Source: Sphagnum compactum
Lineage: Eukaryota
Assembly: GCA_965153455.1 (NCBI GenBank)
Contig: OZ234494.1
Span: 9,176,001-9,240,000 of the forward strand
Length of the DNA: 64,000 nt
Direction of reading: 5' to 3'
Positions 12,301-26,968 of this stretch are shown in pieces. The translations under genes were made by a program, and so were the position numbers. The notes under the pieces were generated by a model. It made no database searches and was not told the DNA's origin. It saw only the letters and a list, made by a program, of their open reading frames with translations. Every line of letters begins with the position of its first letter. Within the stretch, counting starts at the first letter, position 1.

Positions 12301-15300
12301 AGACCTTATTGAATTCAAATATGCTTCAGGTTCCTGAAGGGTACTTACAGTTGGAGTACCAGGCCTGCTTCTATCTGAACTTCGTCGCTGCGAGAGATTA
12401 TAAGTCACAGCTCCGGCATTGCTAGCCCGGGCAGCTATCTTGGTATTTGCTGATATAGCCCTCTGCTTTCACAGCTCACAAGCAACTTGTCATTCCACAA
12501 TGCACTACATTCTATTCGAAGTCCATGAGCTACAAAATATTCCATGGCTTCTTCTTCCCAGTTCCATTTCATTGGCCTGGATGTTGGGACTGTTCCTACA
12601 CACCCAGTAAGAGGGTGCAGTCCCAGCATCCACAATTGGCATATTCATATAATCACAAGCTTAGTACATATTCTGAAGTCCTCAATACTTATGATTCTAG
12701 TAAACCTGTAAAGAATTGCAAGATGATCCTACAATAAGGGAGTGGATATTTCAAATCTGACAAGAAAACAACAATAATCCGCAAGCATGAAAAGGAAGAA
12801 ACCCCACCCTAAACAAGACCAATAGGCATTCTAAGGAGAGGTTTGAACAACAGCAACAGTCCTATGCATGTTCAGGGCAACCATCAGCCTATTCATGCAG
12901 ATCTTTAAATGGCTGATAATGGTTGAAGTCAAGTCCAACAACGCAGCTGCCAAACTATTAGGTGCCAGTCCCTATATTCACATGCCAATTGAGAAGCATA
13001 TGAACACACTGCACAACCACCATCATCATACTCCCCACAAATAGGCCAGAGGTGGAGGGGACATGCTGATGGACACCTTACTCAATGCATGTAGATGAGG
13101 GCCAACAGGACAACAGTGAAGTAAACACCAAATGTCTGGGAAAAGCTTGAAGTCGAAGGACCCCTGGGCTCACAAAGAAGCACCAGTGAGCTTAACGTTC
13201 AAGAGATTGTAAAGAAGAGAACCTGAGGTGCAAATCTGGCAGCCCTCCTTTGTCTTACAAACTCCATCAATGGAGTAACAATGACAGGGTCTTTAGCTGC
13301 CCCTGAAGCTGTCCATAATACCATGACAGGCATTAGATCAGGACATCAAAGTGCTCTTGCAAAAGGAGCTGTGCTATGGCATCATTGAGGCAGCCCTAAC
13401 TATGAAACTATGATCAATCAAGACAGAGGAAATACTAGATGTGCAAATAAACAGCCATCTGATATCAATTAGTCAGAGATGGACTTCAGGGAGTGTTGAC
13501 ATAACATCACACTGAGATATCCACCATGCCAAAGCTCTCAAAATAACTGACTGCTGTATATTATGCAGGCAACTAATACCACCTCACACCACACACCTAA
13601 AGCAGCAGCCTTTTCAGCTTCTTTGCGCTCCAGCTGCACTTCTGCACTGGGCAGATGATCCATTGGTTTTTCTAGCAACTCCAAAAAAGCCAAGTAGTCC
13701 GAATCTGCATTGATTTATCTCACATCAGAAGCACTCCAAAATTTTGGGCAACAGACTCACCATCAAGCAACTACATTGTCCCAAAAAAGTCTCCCAGAAT
13801 CAAATCCCTGCCAGGATGAACTCTGGACAACTACTTTCCAGTAAAATGAGGCTAAAACCCAACTTGTGAGTCAGGCTTCATTAGAAGCTTGCCTTTCGTG
13901 ATAGTACCCTCCCTGGCATCCTTCTTGGATCGAGGTTTTGGCACACGTTGATGGGGAGCATATTCCACGAGTGCCTTGTACTGAGTCCCTGTGTTTTAAA
14001 ATGATCTCCTTGGTCAGACAAACATGAGCCAGTCAATTTTGCAAACAGAACATATAGACTTACTGAGTAGAGATGTTTGTCTGACACTCCTAGCTGCAGG
14101 TCCACTGCATAAGCAATGAAAAGAAAAACCTGGAAACTTACCTTTCTCATTGACAAAGATATGGCCATTGAAAACCTCATAGAAGTCAATAACATCCTCC
14201 ACTTTCTTAAAGTTGATATAAGCCCGTGAATACACCTGACGCTTATGACTGTGGAAACATGTACAAATACAAACATGCAAAAGCAGCATTAGTAACAATG
14301 CAAGACAGTGTATTCTGGTCAAGGATGGCATGGACCCATATGAAAACACCTAGATCACTGCAATTTTCTTCACATAAATCAGGGCCAAGTATGAGAAAAT
14401 CCTAAGAGATGATGGATTCAAACAGGTTTGCTCCACCAGGCATATCTTTTAAACATGCCCAAAGAGCTGCTCAAACACAAACATCACATCATTATTTTTC
14501 CCTTGCTTCTGAGGTTCCTAAGCAATTCAAAATTGAGGAACTGACTGTGGCCTATCTCAGTCAACACATTAGTCACACATAAGTTGAGAAGACAGCTGTT
14601 CAACAACATCCATCACTCAGAAACCTTAATGAGACAGATAGATCTTCATGAATATTGAGAGCTTCTGCATCCTTATAATTTACATGAACATGAATAGAAT
14701 TAAGATGACGATAACAAGGATTTCAGATCCTAAAACATATCATCAAACAGGAAATAGAAGACAGAAGAAGGGAAAAGCAGGGAGATCCAAACCTAAGAAA
14801 CAGAGAAAAGACTGAAGCGCGGTTTGAACAACAGTGACAGACACATGCATGTTCACTAACCTTCAACAGCAATATATATGGTGGTGACCAGCTAGTGTAC
14901 CATCCCCACTGAAAGAGAGAGAGAGAGAAATCTATTTATGTATATATATGTATGCAGAGATTGGTACACAAGTGGTTTACAACAGACCTTGGATTCCTTT
15001 CATGCTTTAGATTATGGAAAGGAATCCAAGGTCTTTTTTGAGCCTACACGTGAACATCCTTGCAGAGCCACAAACTACTGATTGAAACAGAGTAAAGCTA
15101 TGCAGGGAAGGACATACTGCAACTAAAAGCAAAACACTACGGATGGAGCACACCAAGCCACTGTACACCAGAATTACACCTAGTTCCACAAACAAGGTAA
15201 CATGAAACACCAGTACATGCTGAATACAGGTCAAATCTGCACAGCACAATTGCCAATTCGCAAGATACCCTGTCTAATCTTATGAACTGTCAGAAAGGGC

Positions 15301-16026
15301 TGTTGCAAGCACCACAACAGCGCTTCTGCAACTATGCAATTCTGCTTTGACACACTTCCAGATTGATTAATTGGCAAAATACTGCTCTTTGTGCTTATTG
15401 TGAGCATGAACCATCCATAGAATGTCAGAGGATCAGAAGGTTAACAAAAAGCAGTTTCTAGTCATCATCAGGGTACAGGGAATTCAACACTGAACCCTCT
15501 TCTTGTATCCCAATCAAGATGTTTTAGGGTATGTAGAGCTAAATTGGTGGTCTTTCTTAATCTTTTAGTCACAAGAGGGCTTCCTATTCATTCTAGCCTC
15601 ATAGCACAGGGGAAGAACCAATCCAAGCTGAAAACCTGAGACAGAAAAAGAGAGAGAAGGGCACATACAACGAATGCCCGTGATAGCAACGGAAAGGTGG
15701 AAATTTCGCAAAGAGGGCGGGCAAAAAAAAACCGGACTCTTTTAAATCGACAACCTAGACAAGAGACCAAAAGACAAGACGAGAAAAATAACAACGAGAA
15801 ACACGACCTTCACAGGCCAAGCCGACTGAAATCCACTCAGAAAACACAATTCAACGGCCAAACGCAAGAGGGAAAAAGAGGCTCGCCTAGATTTTCCGGG
15901 GTGGAAAGCAAACCAGGTAATGGTCCCAGCATACTTGGATACAATCTGGTCGTGTAACGCCGAAGAAGACAAAGAAGGAGGCAGATGGCGGAGCACCACT
16001 TTGGTGCGCGCCTGCGTTTCCTTCAT
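9352..16026 (-). CDS. UPF3: Regulator of nonsense transcripts UPF3 (Smg4/UPF3 RRM domain), multi-exon
   Basis: Spliced translation MKETQARTKVVLRHLPPSL...HPGKSSHKRQVYSRAYINFK...FNGHIFVNEKGTQYKALVEYAPHQRVPKPRSKKDAREGTITKDSDYLAFLELL...LPSAEVQLERKEAE...IVTPLMEFVRQRRA; later RNKDRPDRPVWTPRRR; C-terminus NEKQVWVAVQKTVTGG*. Exons include 16026-15887, 14248-14142, 13988-13893, 13704-13597, 13308-13223 and last coding exon 9396-9352. In-frame upstream ATG at 16089 is an alternative start. Confidence 0.92.
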
Positions 16027-17155
16027 AGCACTTTCCAGGCTCCGTCTTCTCGCACTACTTCCTTGCCATTCTTGTCCCATCCGCACCATCTCTCCTCCTC
16101 CATGTGCTCCTAAGACCCACCCCTCCGTCTAATCCTTCTGTCTTTCTGTGCGTGACTCTCTGGCTCTCTCTCTCTCTCTCTTCCCTTCTCTCCCACACCA
16201 TCGCCATGGCTTCTCCAGCTCCAATCTTTCTTCCAAGCCTCTCCCAGACCTAAAACGAACCTGAATCCGCGTCTATGCCTTGCTATCCTCTTTACCGGAG
16301 CTCCTGATCTGAGCCAGAATGGCCCATCTACCGAGCCTACCACCGAACCAGATGAGACCGAGTCAATTGGAGCGATGGTATTGCAAGGGCTGCAAATTTT
16401 CTTTTTAAGATTAATAATTTCCAAAAAAAGAACTCAACTAAATATTTCTGACAGGGATTGAAGTTTGAACTGTGAACCACGGTCAGATGGTTATATATTT
16501 TTACCCTGCCCATCTCATCTGCTTGCTTCTTTACCGGCCTTTTATCCACCTTTTCTAGAAGGGATAGGTAAAAGACTAAAAGACACTTTTGGGTAGTTTC
16601 ACAAAATGTGTGAGGGTGGTAGGTATAAGAGATTGGTAAATTAATTTTTCACACCATAACGACCCACTAGTATTTTTCTAATCCATGCAAAGGGCACCTT
16701 TGACCGACCCCTTTGTAAAATTTCTACCTCTCAACATAGGCACCTTATGCATAAGGTTCCTTGCTTTTGATGAAGCTTACGCATAAGATGCCTCCTCTCG
16801 TTTTAAACAAAATTGTAGATGTCCATTTTGCAATCAAAATGTTAATGGGTTTTTTATGTTGGGTAGAGACTAGTGTTGGGTGATTCTTGACTTACAATTT
16901 TTGTTTTGCATCCACCATGGAGGATAGTTTTGAGTGTAATTAGGATATTTGTATAGGGGAAGGCACTCTTGTTAGTGCCTTCCCTTGCATAATGGTTGAA
17001 AGCCTTGATATGTTTATTCAAATTTTCATGCACAATAAAAATGGTCTAGATTAATTTACAAAAACATATTCTATCTATGCATCATGTCATGCAACAACAT
17101 CCTATTTCGTTGTCAACATTAATTGTACAAGGTTATCAATGTTCCTCATTGAATA

Positions 17156-19591
17156 TATTACGAGAAAATGTGGTGATTTGCAATTGGCTTTGCAACTCAG
17201 TTTTTAACTAGTTGCAATGACCATTTGTAGCACATTGTAATTCAATGTCTTTTTGTTCAAACTTGACTACTATCAAACAAATCGCATGAGTTGCAACGAA
17301 TGTAGTTTGTATGTAAAATTGTATACATATACAACTTATGCAACTCAATTCGAATTGTGCAACTATTGTGCAATTTTTATGTAACTAATTTGCAACTACA
17401 ATGATAACATCAAAATGTTATTTTTTATCAATCCATTAAAATTTGAGACATGACATTCTGGGGATTTTTGGGTGAAATTTATTTATGTTTTGAAATGTTG
17501 ATCTCCACCATTCAATATGAATTATCCATTTTATATGGCTTTAAAGTGTGACATGTCGTGTATTCGAAAATTGCCACATGGCATGTTAATTGAATTTTGA
17601 AAAAATATTTCTTTATTTAAATATTTAGGTAGGTCGATATATAGGCATAGGTAGGTAGGTCGGTAAGTCCTACCTACCTAGGTATGTAGGTAGAAATTAA
17701 GTAAATAGTACATACTTACATATATCTAAGTAAGACTAGATACGTAGGACCTACTTACATTACAAACCTATTTACCTACCTAGGTAGGCAAATAAGTAAA
17801 AAAATAAAAAGGTAGGTGAACTAAAAAATAACCATGTTTAAATTTTTATTTTATTTTATGTTTTGTCTTTAATGTTAAGTTATTTTCAAGTCATCCCAAA
17901 TTAACACATGTATTTTAATGTGAACACACAAAGTACTGACACTTTCTTTATATCATTTGTGAATTGAAATTCATTAACAACATGTGGGTTAAATTTTTTA
18001 TTTGCACAATAGTTGCAAACTAGGTTGTGATTAGAAAAATAAAATTTATCACATTCTTTATGTTCATTTTTAATTTAGTAAAATGTGCAACTTAAAAATT
18101 GATTATTTAATAATTATATGTGAATGTATTATCAATAATAAATTATCCCAAATAATCATTCTAATCAATCTAATTTTTGAATTAATCAATCTAATTCAAT
18201 TATTTATTTATTTGTCAATAATTTAATAATTTCAATTCAAATTAAATAATTAATCATTTGGATTATTTATAGCTAACTAATCTAATTTAGATAATTAGAT
18301 GATTGGTGAATTCAAATAATTAATTTTCAGATATTTTAATTTAGATAGTTAATTATTTAAATAAAAAATTTGACAAATTACCTAAACTCAGATAATTAGT
18401 AATATATTACCTAATTTTCATTTTTAAAAATTACATATCTAAATTAATGAACAAACTAATAACCTAAATTAATTTAATTAATCATTAATAGTTAATTATT
18501 CAGCCTAATAAATTAATTCATAATAGTTTGAAATTTTAAATATAAATGAAAAGTTAATATTGAATAAATTATTGAAAAATAATTCAGGTAATAATAAATT
18601 ATAAATAATAATTATGAATTGGGTAGAAGACATAATTTTCAAATAATTACTTATCTGAATTAATCTATTTAATTCAGATAATTTGTTAGTTAGTAACCTT
18701 AGATAATTTCCTCTTTGATTTCAAATAATTTATAATCAAATAACTAATTATCTTAATTTAAATAATCATTTATTATTATTTTTTAAATTAATTATTGAGT
18801 ACCTAAATTTCAAGTAATTAATTATCTGAGTTTTATTTTAAAATCCAATTTTAAAATTAGTGAGTTAGTTAATTATTAATAAAATTATTTATTTGACTCA
18901 ATTAACAAATTGATTATCTGAATGAAATTGATTGATTCATATTAACTATTGATTCTTTAGGCTAATTAATTAGTTCACAATTATTAAGTAAATTAAATAT
19001 TAGTTAATATTTAAAAGTTAATAAGTTATTGAAAAAATATTTCATTATTAAACATTAAGGATTAAATATGATTTTTTTATTTTATTAATTTATTAATGGA
19101 TGAACAATAAGTGCAAAATAATGGAAAAATAATAATTGTATAATGGCAACATAATGACATAACTAATCGTATCAATGGAAACCATAGTTGACAACTAATT
19201 ACAAATGTTATATTTAATGGACAATGAAAATGTGCACATGTGGCATGATCATATGTGTCAATATTGCACATTAGTTGTAATGTAATTAATGATTGGATGT
19301 TACATTTACATTAGTGGTAATGTAGTTGCCACATGTATTTAAAGTGCAATTTGCTAAAAAATCAAACTTGATTGATTACATTTATATGTATGATGTGTAT
19401 ATTATTACATTGTATAAGTGTCCCATTTGCAACAAACTTACAACTACATTACAACTCCTTGATTTTATAATGTGACATTTTATTTATTAATTGCACATCT
19501 TTTCATGTTTTAATTGTTATGTAATTGTATATTAATTGTTTTGGAGCTCTAGTTGCAAGGTGTTTTTTAACGGACGTTATTTCTCATAATG
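17156..19591. mobile_element. Possible decayed non-autonomous CACTA-type element
   Basis: Left end TATTACGAGAAA and reverse complement of right end CATTATGAGAAA both resemble CACTACGAGAAA via C-to-T changes. 3-bp flanks are ATA/GTA. Many subterminal TTGCAAC/GTTGCA motifs; very AT-rich non-coding interior. Confidence 0.4.
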
Positions 19592-21239
19592 GTAACATCA
19601 CATTATTGGGGCATTGAATTTGGACCAAATTAGGCCAATTGATTAGGTCATCAGTAGAAGAAAAATTACATTTTACAGTTAGTCCTTATAATTAAATTTT
19701 AGTTACAAACAACATATACAACTAAGACCCTCTAGTCAAGAAAATCAAATTGCATGCAACCATAATTATAAACGGCATGGATTATGGTTTTAGCTTTTGA
19801 ATAATCTTATGTGTATTATCATTTGTGATTACCATGCCACTTTTTTAGTGAACAATATGATTGAACGATATGTTGGCATGTGTCAACAATTTTTATTATT
19901 TTATTCTTTAATGCAATCTTGGTGAAAAATCTAAAACATTCAATTTGTGTATTCATGATTATGACACATGGCATATCCATAAGTATTTCATATTTTGTTT
20001 TCAATTATAGATATAAACATTTAGTTCAGTAGGAATGTACGTAGGTATATAAATTATGTATGTAATAAATACCTAATTATCTATGTTAATTATGTAGGTG
20101 GGCAGGTTATACATGTAGTTAATTTTTATTTTATTTTTTGGTTTAACCTTAAAGGTCATTCCATTTTGATTTATTCATCCCAAATGACATTTGCTTTCAA
20201 ATTATATCGTGTTATTTTAATGATGTAAACTGCACCTTCTTATATAGTTTACAAAACTTGGGTTCCACACTATTACGCACTACTAGTGACAATGAAATGA
20301 CACAAAAGAAATAAGGGTTTACATTTGAAACCTTTGTTATTTTCAAATATATAGGATTCAAATTGTACAAAATACCATCTAATTATCATCCAGAGGGAGA
20401 TTTAATTAGCCACCCTTGTTTTTAATTCATTGAAATTTTGGAAGCAATCAAGATGGATAAACATTAAATCAATTAAGCAAGTGGGGATTAAATCCTTGAA
20501 TTAGGTATTGAAAGGAGAAATTTTTATTGGAAAATAGCTTAATCTCAAAGAAAATAAAATGTAAATTTCTTGAAATAATCTCAACATATTCAAATGAAAT
20601 AGCACATATTTACACTTGTATGAAATTACATGTAAACATGTGTATGAAATTGGAAAGACACAAATTTTTATTTTTATTTTGAAAGGACACAAAAATTCCA
20701 AAAGACATTAAGAAAAATAAAGAAATTTGTTTCTTTTTTGATATCTTAAAATCCATAAGGACATTTTGAAACATTATAAGTTGTAAAATGTTTAGTTTTT
20801 AAAAATTCCGGTTAGGAATCGACCTTTAATAAATTTGCAATTTGGAATTATCTTTTTATATGACTTACAACTATAACCCATCCCACCTAAACCAACTCTA
20901 ACGAGATCATCGTCATTATAATTAAAGGGATGGCAAAATATATGGGATATAGTTTATAGGTGCAACCTACACTATAAGGAATCATGTCCATTCCCACGCA
21001 TGCGTATGCAACTTTTATCCAAATCAACCATTCTTGTGATTTTATATATGATAGTCCTTCGTGGCACTTGGTAAAAACAACTTGTAGTTGCATAAATGAC
21101 TACAAACTGGTTTGTAGTTGCATATGCAACTTATATTTATAATTAATGTCAATTTGGATGAAAATGAAAATGAAAAATGCACTTATATCATTCATTTTTA
21201 ATGGCATCCCAAAATAGATGAAAATGTAGTTGTTTCTGT

Positions 21240-21470
21240 GATTTGGAAGGTGGTTCATAAATTATTAGACACTTCATAACATCTTTTCAACTTCATTTGC
21301 AACTATAAATTTCAATTGCAAATGCACTTGTAATTAAATGTGAAAAAAAAAAGTTGACCATTGAAATTCCTAGATTTGGTGGTTTAATCATTTTCCTGTA
21401 ACTTTTTTCAATGAATTAACCATTAAATGTGTAATAGGGAATGGTGGGCTTGTGAAAATTATAAAGGACC
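21240..21470 (-). repeat. Inverted, diverged copy of the AT-rich repeat into which the LTR element inserted
   Basis: Its reverse complement aligns across 25885-26029 and 34254-34335: CACATTTAATTACAAGTGCATTTGCAATTGAAATTTATAGT vs CACATTTAGTTAAATGTAT|ATATATTTGTAACTTGGATTTATAGT. Confidence 0.65.
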
Positions 21471-23639
21471 CATGGCAATTAATGGTAGAAATAAGGCTAG
21501 GTATGTAATAAGTAATATGTATGTGGTTAAACAATATGTATTTTATCATGTTGATATGTCATAATGTTTTTGAATTGAGTAGACTAGGTATTAAATATTA
21601 AGTAGTATATAAGTAGGTTAATTGATTGTAGGTATTCTATTGTGTTGAATGAAATAAAGTTATGTTTAATTAATTAATTAGGTTAGGTAATTATTCAATT
21701 ACTTAATTATAAATTGTAAAGTAGTAAGTAGTAGGCAATATTAATAAGTATTTTATCATGTTGATATATATGATTTTTTTGAATTAATTACTTAATTAAG
21801 TAGGCAATGTAATTTATTATTGAATAGGTTACATAGTAGGAGTAATTTATGACCCATTCATAAAAATTATATAGTGAATGTTATATATAACATACATTTA
21901 ATGTTGATACAATTATAATCTATTATAAGCAAAATTGTATATATAATTTTAAAAATCAAATAGAGGTGATATGTGATTTTTTTTTTACATAAATTTTTTT
22001 TCATAATTTTATGTAAAACTTTAGATATCATATGTGTAAAAATAATAAAATTTATAGATCCATAGAATGAATTATTTATATGGCATCAATCAATATTTAA
22101 AAATTAAAATTGATATCCAGAATAAGCTTCTATATTAGAAATAATATAGTTAATAAAAGAGATTTTATTATATTTTTATTTTAAAAATTATTATCCATTT
22201 ATAAGTTATGTATGTGAATATATTATATATCACACATTTTGATTATATTATATTGGTAAAACTATGATATACAAATATATATATAACATAATTTTTAGAA
22301 TCAAATGAAAGTTCAAGGTATGAAATTTATTTATTAATATTATCTATTTATAAATCATGCAATTCGATTTTATTTTCCATGGAATGGTCATTGAAATTGT
22401 ATTCAATAACAAAATTCAATTTTTTTCTTTTCAAATCCCTTTATGTTTTTAAGAGGAAAAAACATATTTGTGTACATTATTCAAAAAAAATTAATCTTAG
22501 TTTTGATGTTGTTAGTTGGACAAAATTTTAATGATAAACTATGGATCAAAAATGATGGTTTGTTTAATGTTTTAAATGAAGTAATTTAAATAGAATGTAC
22601 TTTGTTTTTTGGCACAACAAGTTCAATGGCTTAGTGATAAAAAAACTGATTTCCTTCCTTGGGGTTCAAAGATCAATTCTCACAAATGACATGGGTTGTG
22701 ATTTATTTAACAACCTAAACTCATTTTTTAAGCCTAACCTATGTAATGACACATGTCAACATAGTATATGAACTTAATGAAATTAGCAATAATATAAATA
22801 TACATATCAAAGAATAATAATTATATGTATATATATTTCAATTACATTGTTGAATCATAAAATTGGTCACAAAATGACAATGCCATGTAAGTTGGTTTGG
22901 ATAGATGAAAAGTTCATGTAAGTTACATCTTTATGCAATTACCATTGCAACTTGATGCCTCATATTGACTTCGTGACTTGAATTTTATGCAATTTGTTCA
23001 AAACGACGAAGCTTTGTGATAAGTTGCATGTGATAATTACTATTAAAAATTAGTTGTTAATCCAATCATTTATTTGCAAATTCCTTGTAATGTTAATCAC
23101 AATTTAATTACAACCTAATTTGTCATTATGTTGCAATAATAAAATATATCCCATATTTTTTTTGTCTTCCTTTTTAATTTCTTAAATTATATGATTATGT
23201 GTGCACTAAAACATTTTAAATTCATTAAACTTTGGCCAACCTTGGCTAAATTTTGTTTTTTTAATTAATTTTCTGGTCATGAACACAAATTTGGAACATG
23301 ATTTTAAAAAAACTTAATGAATTTTTCTCCTGAGGTAATTAATTGGCAATTAATTGATTAAATATGATTTAATTATGAATGTGCAAAATTGAAATTGTTG
23401 ATTTTTTAAAAGGCCATTTTAATTAAGAATATAAATTTTAATTTTTTTAATTTTTAAAATTCCTAAATAAACTTGAAGCCATATATTAGAACATGCAATT
23501 GATAAACATGAAAAAAATAACTTATAGTTGTGAAAACATTTAACAAAAAGGGCCCAAATTAATGATTTGGTTACTTTTGGTTCTTTAACCATTCTTTGAC
23601 ATGGTTCTTAATGGTACAACCCAAGGATGGGTTTGCCCA

Positions 23640-23905
23640 TTAGCTAATGAACAAACAGACCTATTCACACAAATATGCCATGCCCTTATTGGAAGAGACC
23701 TCTGATGCTCTTAAATAAACCAAGGTTTTCACTACATTGGAATTCTTATTTGGCTATAATCAATTGTTGTTGAAGGAGGGTGACAAGGTCAATATGTAAT
23801 ATTTTGGACAATATATGCAAATCAAAAGGACTGTTTGTATCTATGGCGATTCTTGTTTTTACATTTGAAAAATGCCCTTATAGAATTTCAAAGAATTAGG
23901 ATGTA
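23640..23905 (+). pseudogene. Highly decayed Ty3/gypsy reverse transcriptase fragment
   Basis: Translates to KYAMPLLEETSDALK*TKVFTTLEFLFGYNQLLLKEGDKV...KDCLYLWRFLFLHLKNALIEFQR, recognisable as the gypsy RT 'YPMP...FSTLDL.SGYHQ...MPFGLKNAP..FQR' segment, with stops and frameshifts. Confidence 0.7.
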
Positions 23906-26029
23906 TACAAGTGACAAAAATCTATCCATGACTTGTCCACTAGATGATGTACATGTGATGATAAATAATAATTTAAGTTTTGTAATAACAATAATATAAT
24001 CATGACAACTACTTAATCTAGTTGGGCTAAGTTATGGTAGGCAATTATTTTAATGTAAGCTAGGTTAGAATATGGAACCTAACATAGGTTACATATGTAG
24101 ATAATAGGTAGGTAGGTAGGCCTAGGATAAATATTTGGGTGTAGATAGGTAGGATCCTAGATTTATTTCATGAATACAAGTTTTTTTTATATCGGTTCAT
24201 CCCATATATCTCATGCATTTTGAATGTTTGAAGTGCAAACCATGAGTAATCCATTCTTTCAACTACCAATATAATTTACAAAACTGAACTTGTTAACAAA
24301 TGATATGGGATAAATCGTAATGAAAGGGATTAGAACACTATGTAATATTAAAGTCAATAAGTAAACCACCATACACTTAAAAACCTAAAGGAGGTTGAAT
24401 CATCACATATCAATCTTTTGTTATAACATTGAAAGAAATTTTTAACCTTCTAGCTAACATTTCCAATGCCACAAAAAACGCTCACTGGTTAAGGAATGAG
24501 GCAAATATGAGTTGTTTCATGTAAAGGGGTTTATATTTCATGGTAAGCCTATTAAAATAATTTAGGATTTTGAAATTAAATTCTTTGGTCAGTTCCATTG
24601 CCTTCGTAATACAAAGAAGTTTTGTAGATCCCTAGTTGACATCCATAGGTTTTTATATCATTACAAATGGATTAAAAATGAAGAAGTTATGGGGTTTGAA
24701 ACTTAAAGGGGTCTAAACTTGTTTTTCAAAAAAATTGAAACAAAATATCACTAGTAGTTTCCCTTTTTTTCTTGCATTTTCTTTTTTGCTCCTTTGCTTT
24801 TGATGCTTATAAAACAATTGTCCTCCTCCAATTTACACCCCAATCACATAAAAATTGTTCAATTTTATTAAAGGATGAGGAAGATATTGGAAAATGTTGT
24901 GTGCAGGTTTGTGTTGGTATTGAGTGGTTTTATCATATCACATCCTTTGTCCCATGTAGAAAAACATTGTCATATATTCACACAATAAAATACATATTGA
25001 TTAACCTACTATTTAGTCTACTTAATTAATTAATTCAAAAATATGACATATCCACACCATAAAATGTTTTCTACTTAGCCTACCTACATATTATATATTA
25101 TTTATCATATTTACTACTTACAACATAACTTATCTAATTAATTAAATTATACAAAAACACTTTCACATATCAACACAATAAAATGCCTACTACATAGTCC
25201 ACCTTAGATATCACCTATTACCTATCCTACTTACTAACCATTACTTATTGCTTAACCTACTTAATTAATTAATTACCCTACTACCTATCATTTGGCCTAT
25301 TTGAAGATTTAATTACATGGCCAAATGCATTGAACTAATGAATCTTGTTCTGTGTGGAATTTGTAATAAGTTAATATCCTAGACCACCATCATGAAAACC
25401 AACCTTTTTTTTCATGACTATATATATATACATATCCTTTAGTTAAATTAAAAATTAAAAATGTTAATGTCATATTTTTGGGAGATTTTCAATAGTTGGA
25501 ATTTGATTGAAATTTATGAAAGGACATTAGATTTTGTTACATGGTTGAAATAGGTAGTAAAAAATAAGTAGTTAAAAATTTACTTTCATTTTGTCTTTAA
25601 ACCAAAATTGGTTAAATTTTCTTGTGAATTAATGGCATTTTAATTTCAACAAAAAATTAACAAATTGAAACAAAATGCATTTTCAAGTAATGTTTAAAAA
25701 CCTTATCCAACTTAAATGACAACTATAATGAATTGTTTAGATTCACTCAAAATCATTTTTAAAAAAATCCGATCATTAATGCAACAATCCCATGTAACAT
25801 TTATTAAAAAACATGTTCACAACTACACAAAACCCTATTATGTTAGAAATTGTAAATAATGGTCCATTTATACCATTTCAAGTGGTCCTATGAAATTTTC
25901 ACAACCCTACCAAACCATGTTACACATTTAACACATAGTTCATTCAAGAACATTAAAGGAAAAAAATAGGATATTAAATCTTATAGCTTTATTTGCCAAC
26001 TCACTTTTTTCACATTTAGTTAAATGTAT

Positions 26030-26968
26030 TGTAATGCGAAGGTAGGTGGACAGATTCAGTGTGAACACTGAACTGTGTTTGGGATCTAGGTCTGTTTGAG
26101 GCGGCCACCTTTTGTTTTCGGCGCTCATTACTGCTGCATGGAGTGCATGGTTGCTTTCTCCCTTGCTTTGTGTGCTTTAGGATAATCTTGGGAGATGGCG
26201 GCGGAGAATGATGAATGCTGATGGTGCCGAATTGATGAAAAACGGGCGGTGACGACGAACGGTGAGGCTTCGGAGGGAAGCTTACGGAATCTCGGAAAGC
26301 TTTTGTGTGGCTCTGGAGGTGTGGAGTGCATCCTTTTCCCGGACGGCAAGAAGGTTTAGCTCGGAAGGTAGGAAAGAGAGAGGAGAGACAGACAATTTTG
26401 GTTGGTGTTAGAGGAGAAAGATCAGGAGGCTAGAATGGGATTAGGAGAATAATTTTGGGAGGTGTGTGGATCTGTAGAAGCTGGAACTGTAGAAGTTTGG
26501 TAGTTGGATAGACATGGTGATGGTGTAAAGCTCTATAGTTAGGTGACTTTGGCTGAACGCCTGAATTTCCGCTGCGCCTGGTAGTTAGTCAAATGGTTGT
26601 TGTTGCTGCAGAAGAATTAGAGAGAAAGAGAAAGAGAGTCGGAACAGCACTGAAGCTGTTGTTTTGTGAGTCTTCTGATGTCCCGAGAGCTTGTGCTTTC
26701 GAGATTGTACATATTTTGTAAATGCAATGGAAAGTTTCTTTGTTTGATACCTGTGTGAGCGGTGAAGAAGAAGAAGGATGCTTGAGGTTGGACGTGTTGT
26801 TGTGTCTGTACATCTCCGATCTGTGAGGTGGGGAGGAAAGAGCCGGTCAGTAGTTGTTGTGTGAGAAGGTTTGGAGTTCTGTGTGAGTAGAGAAGATCAG
26901 CAGAGTTCAGTCGACAGGGTTCGTTGGCCACAGTAGATGTGTTGTGCGTTCTATGGACCCCTCCTTTT
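26030..26968 (+). repeat. 5' LTR (lacks terminal CA, abuts PBS)
   Basis: Starts TGTAATGCGAAGG and matches 33306 onward. By-eye comparison gave 16 substitutions (all transitions) plus one 1-bp indel. Confidence 0.95.

Noticed and set aside
19652-23092. Second possible CACTA-like element (CAGTAGAAGAAAA ... TTCCTTGTAATG)
   Set aside because: Termini too degenerate and no convincing TSD.
25940-26931. Short minus-strand ORFs in the 5' LTR, repeated in the 3' LTR
   Set aside because: They recur only because the LTRs are duplicates; no domain signal.
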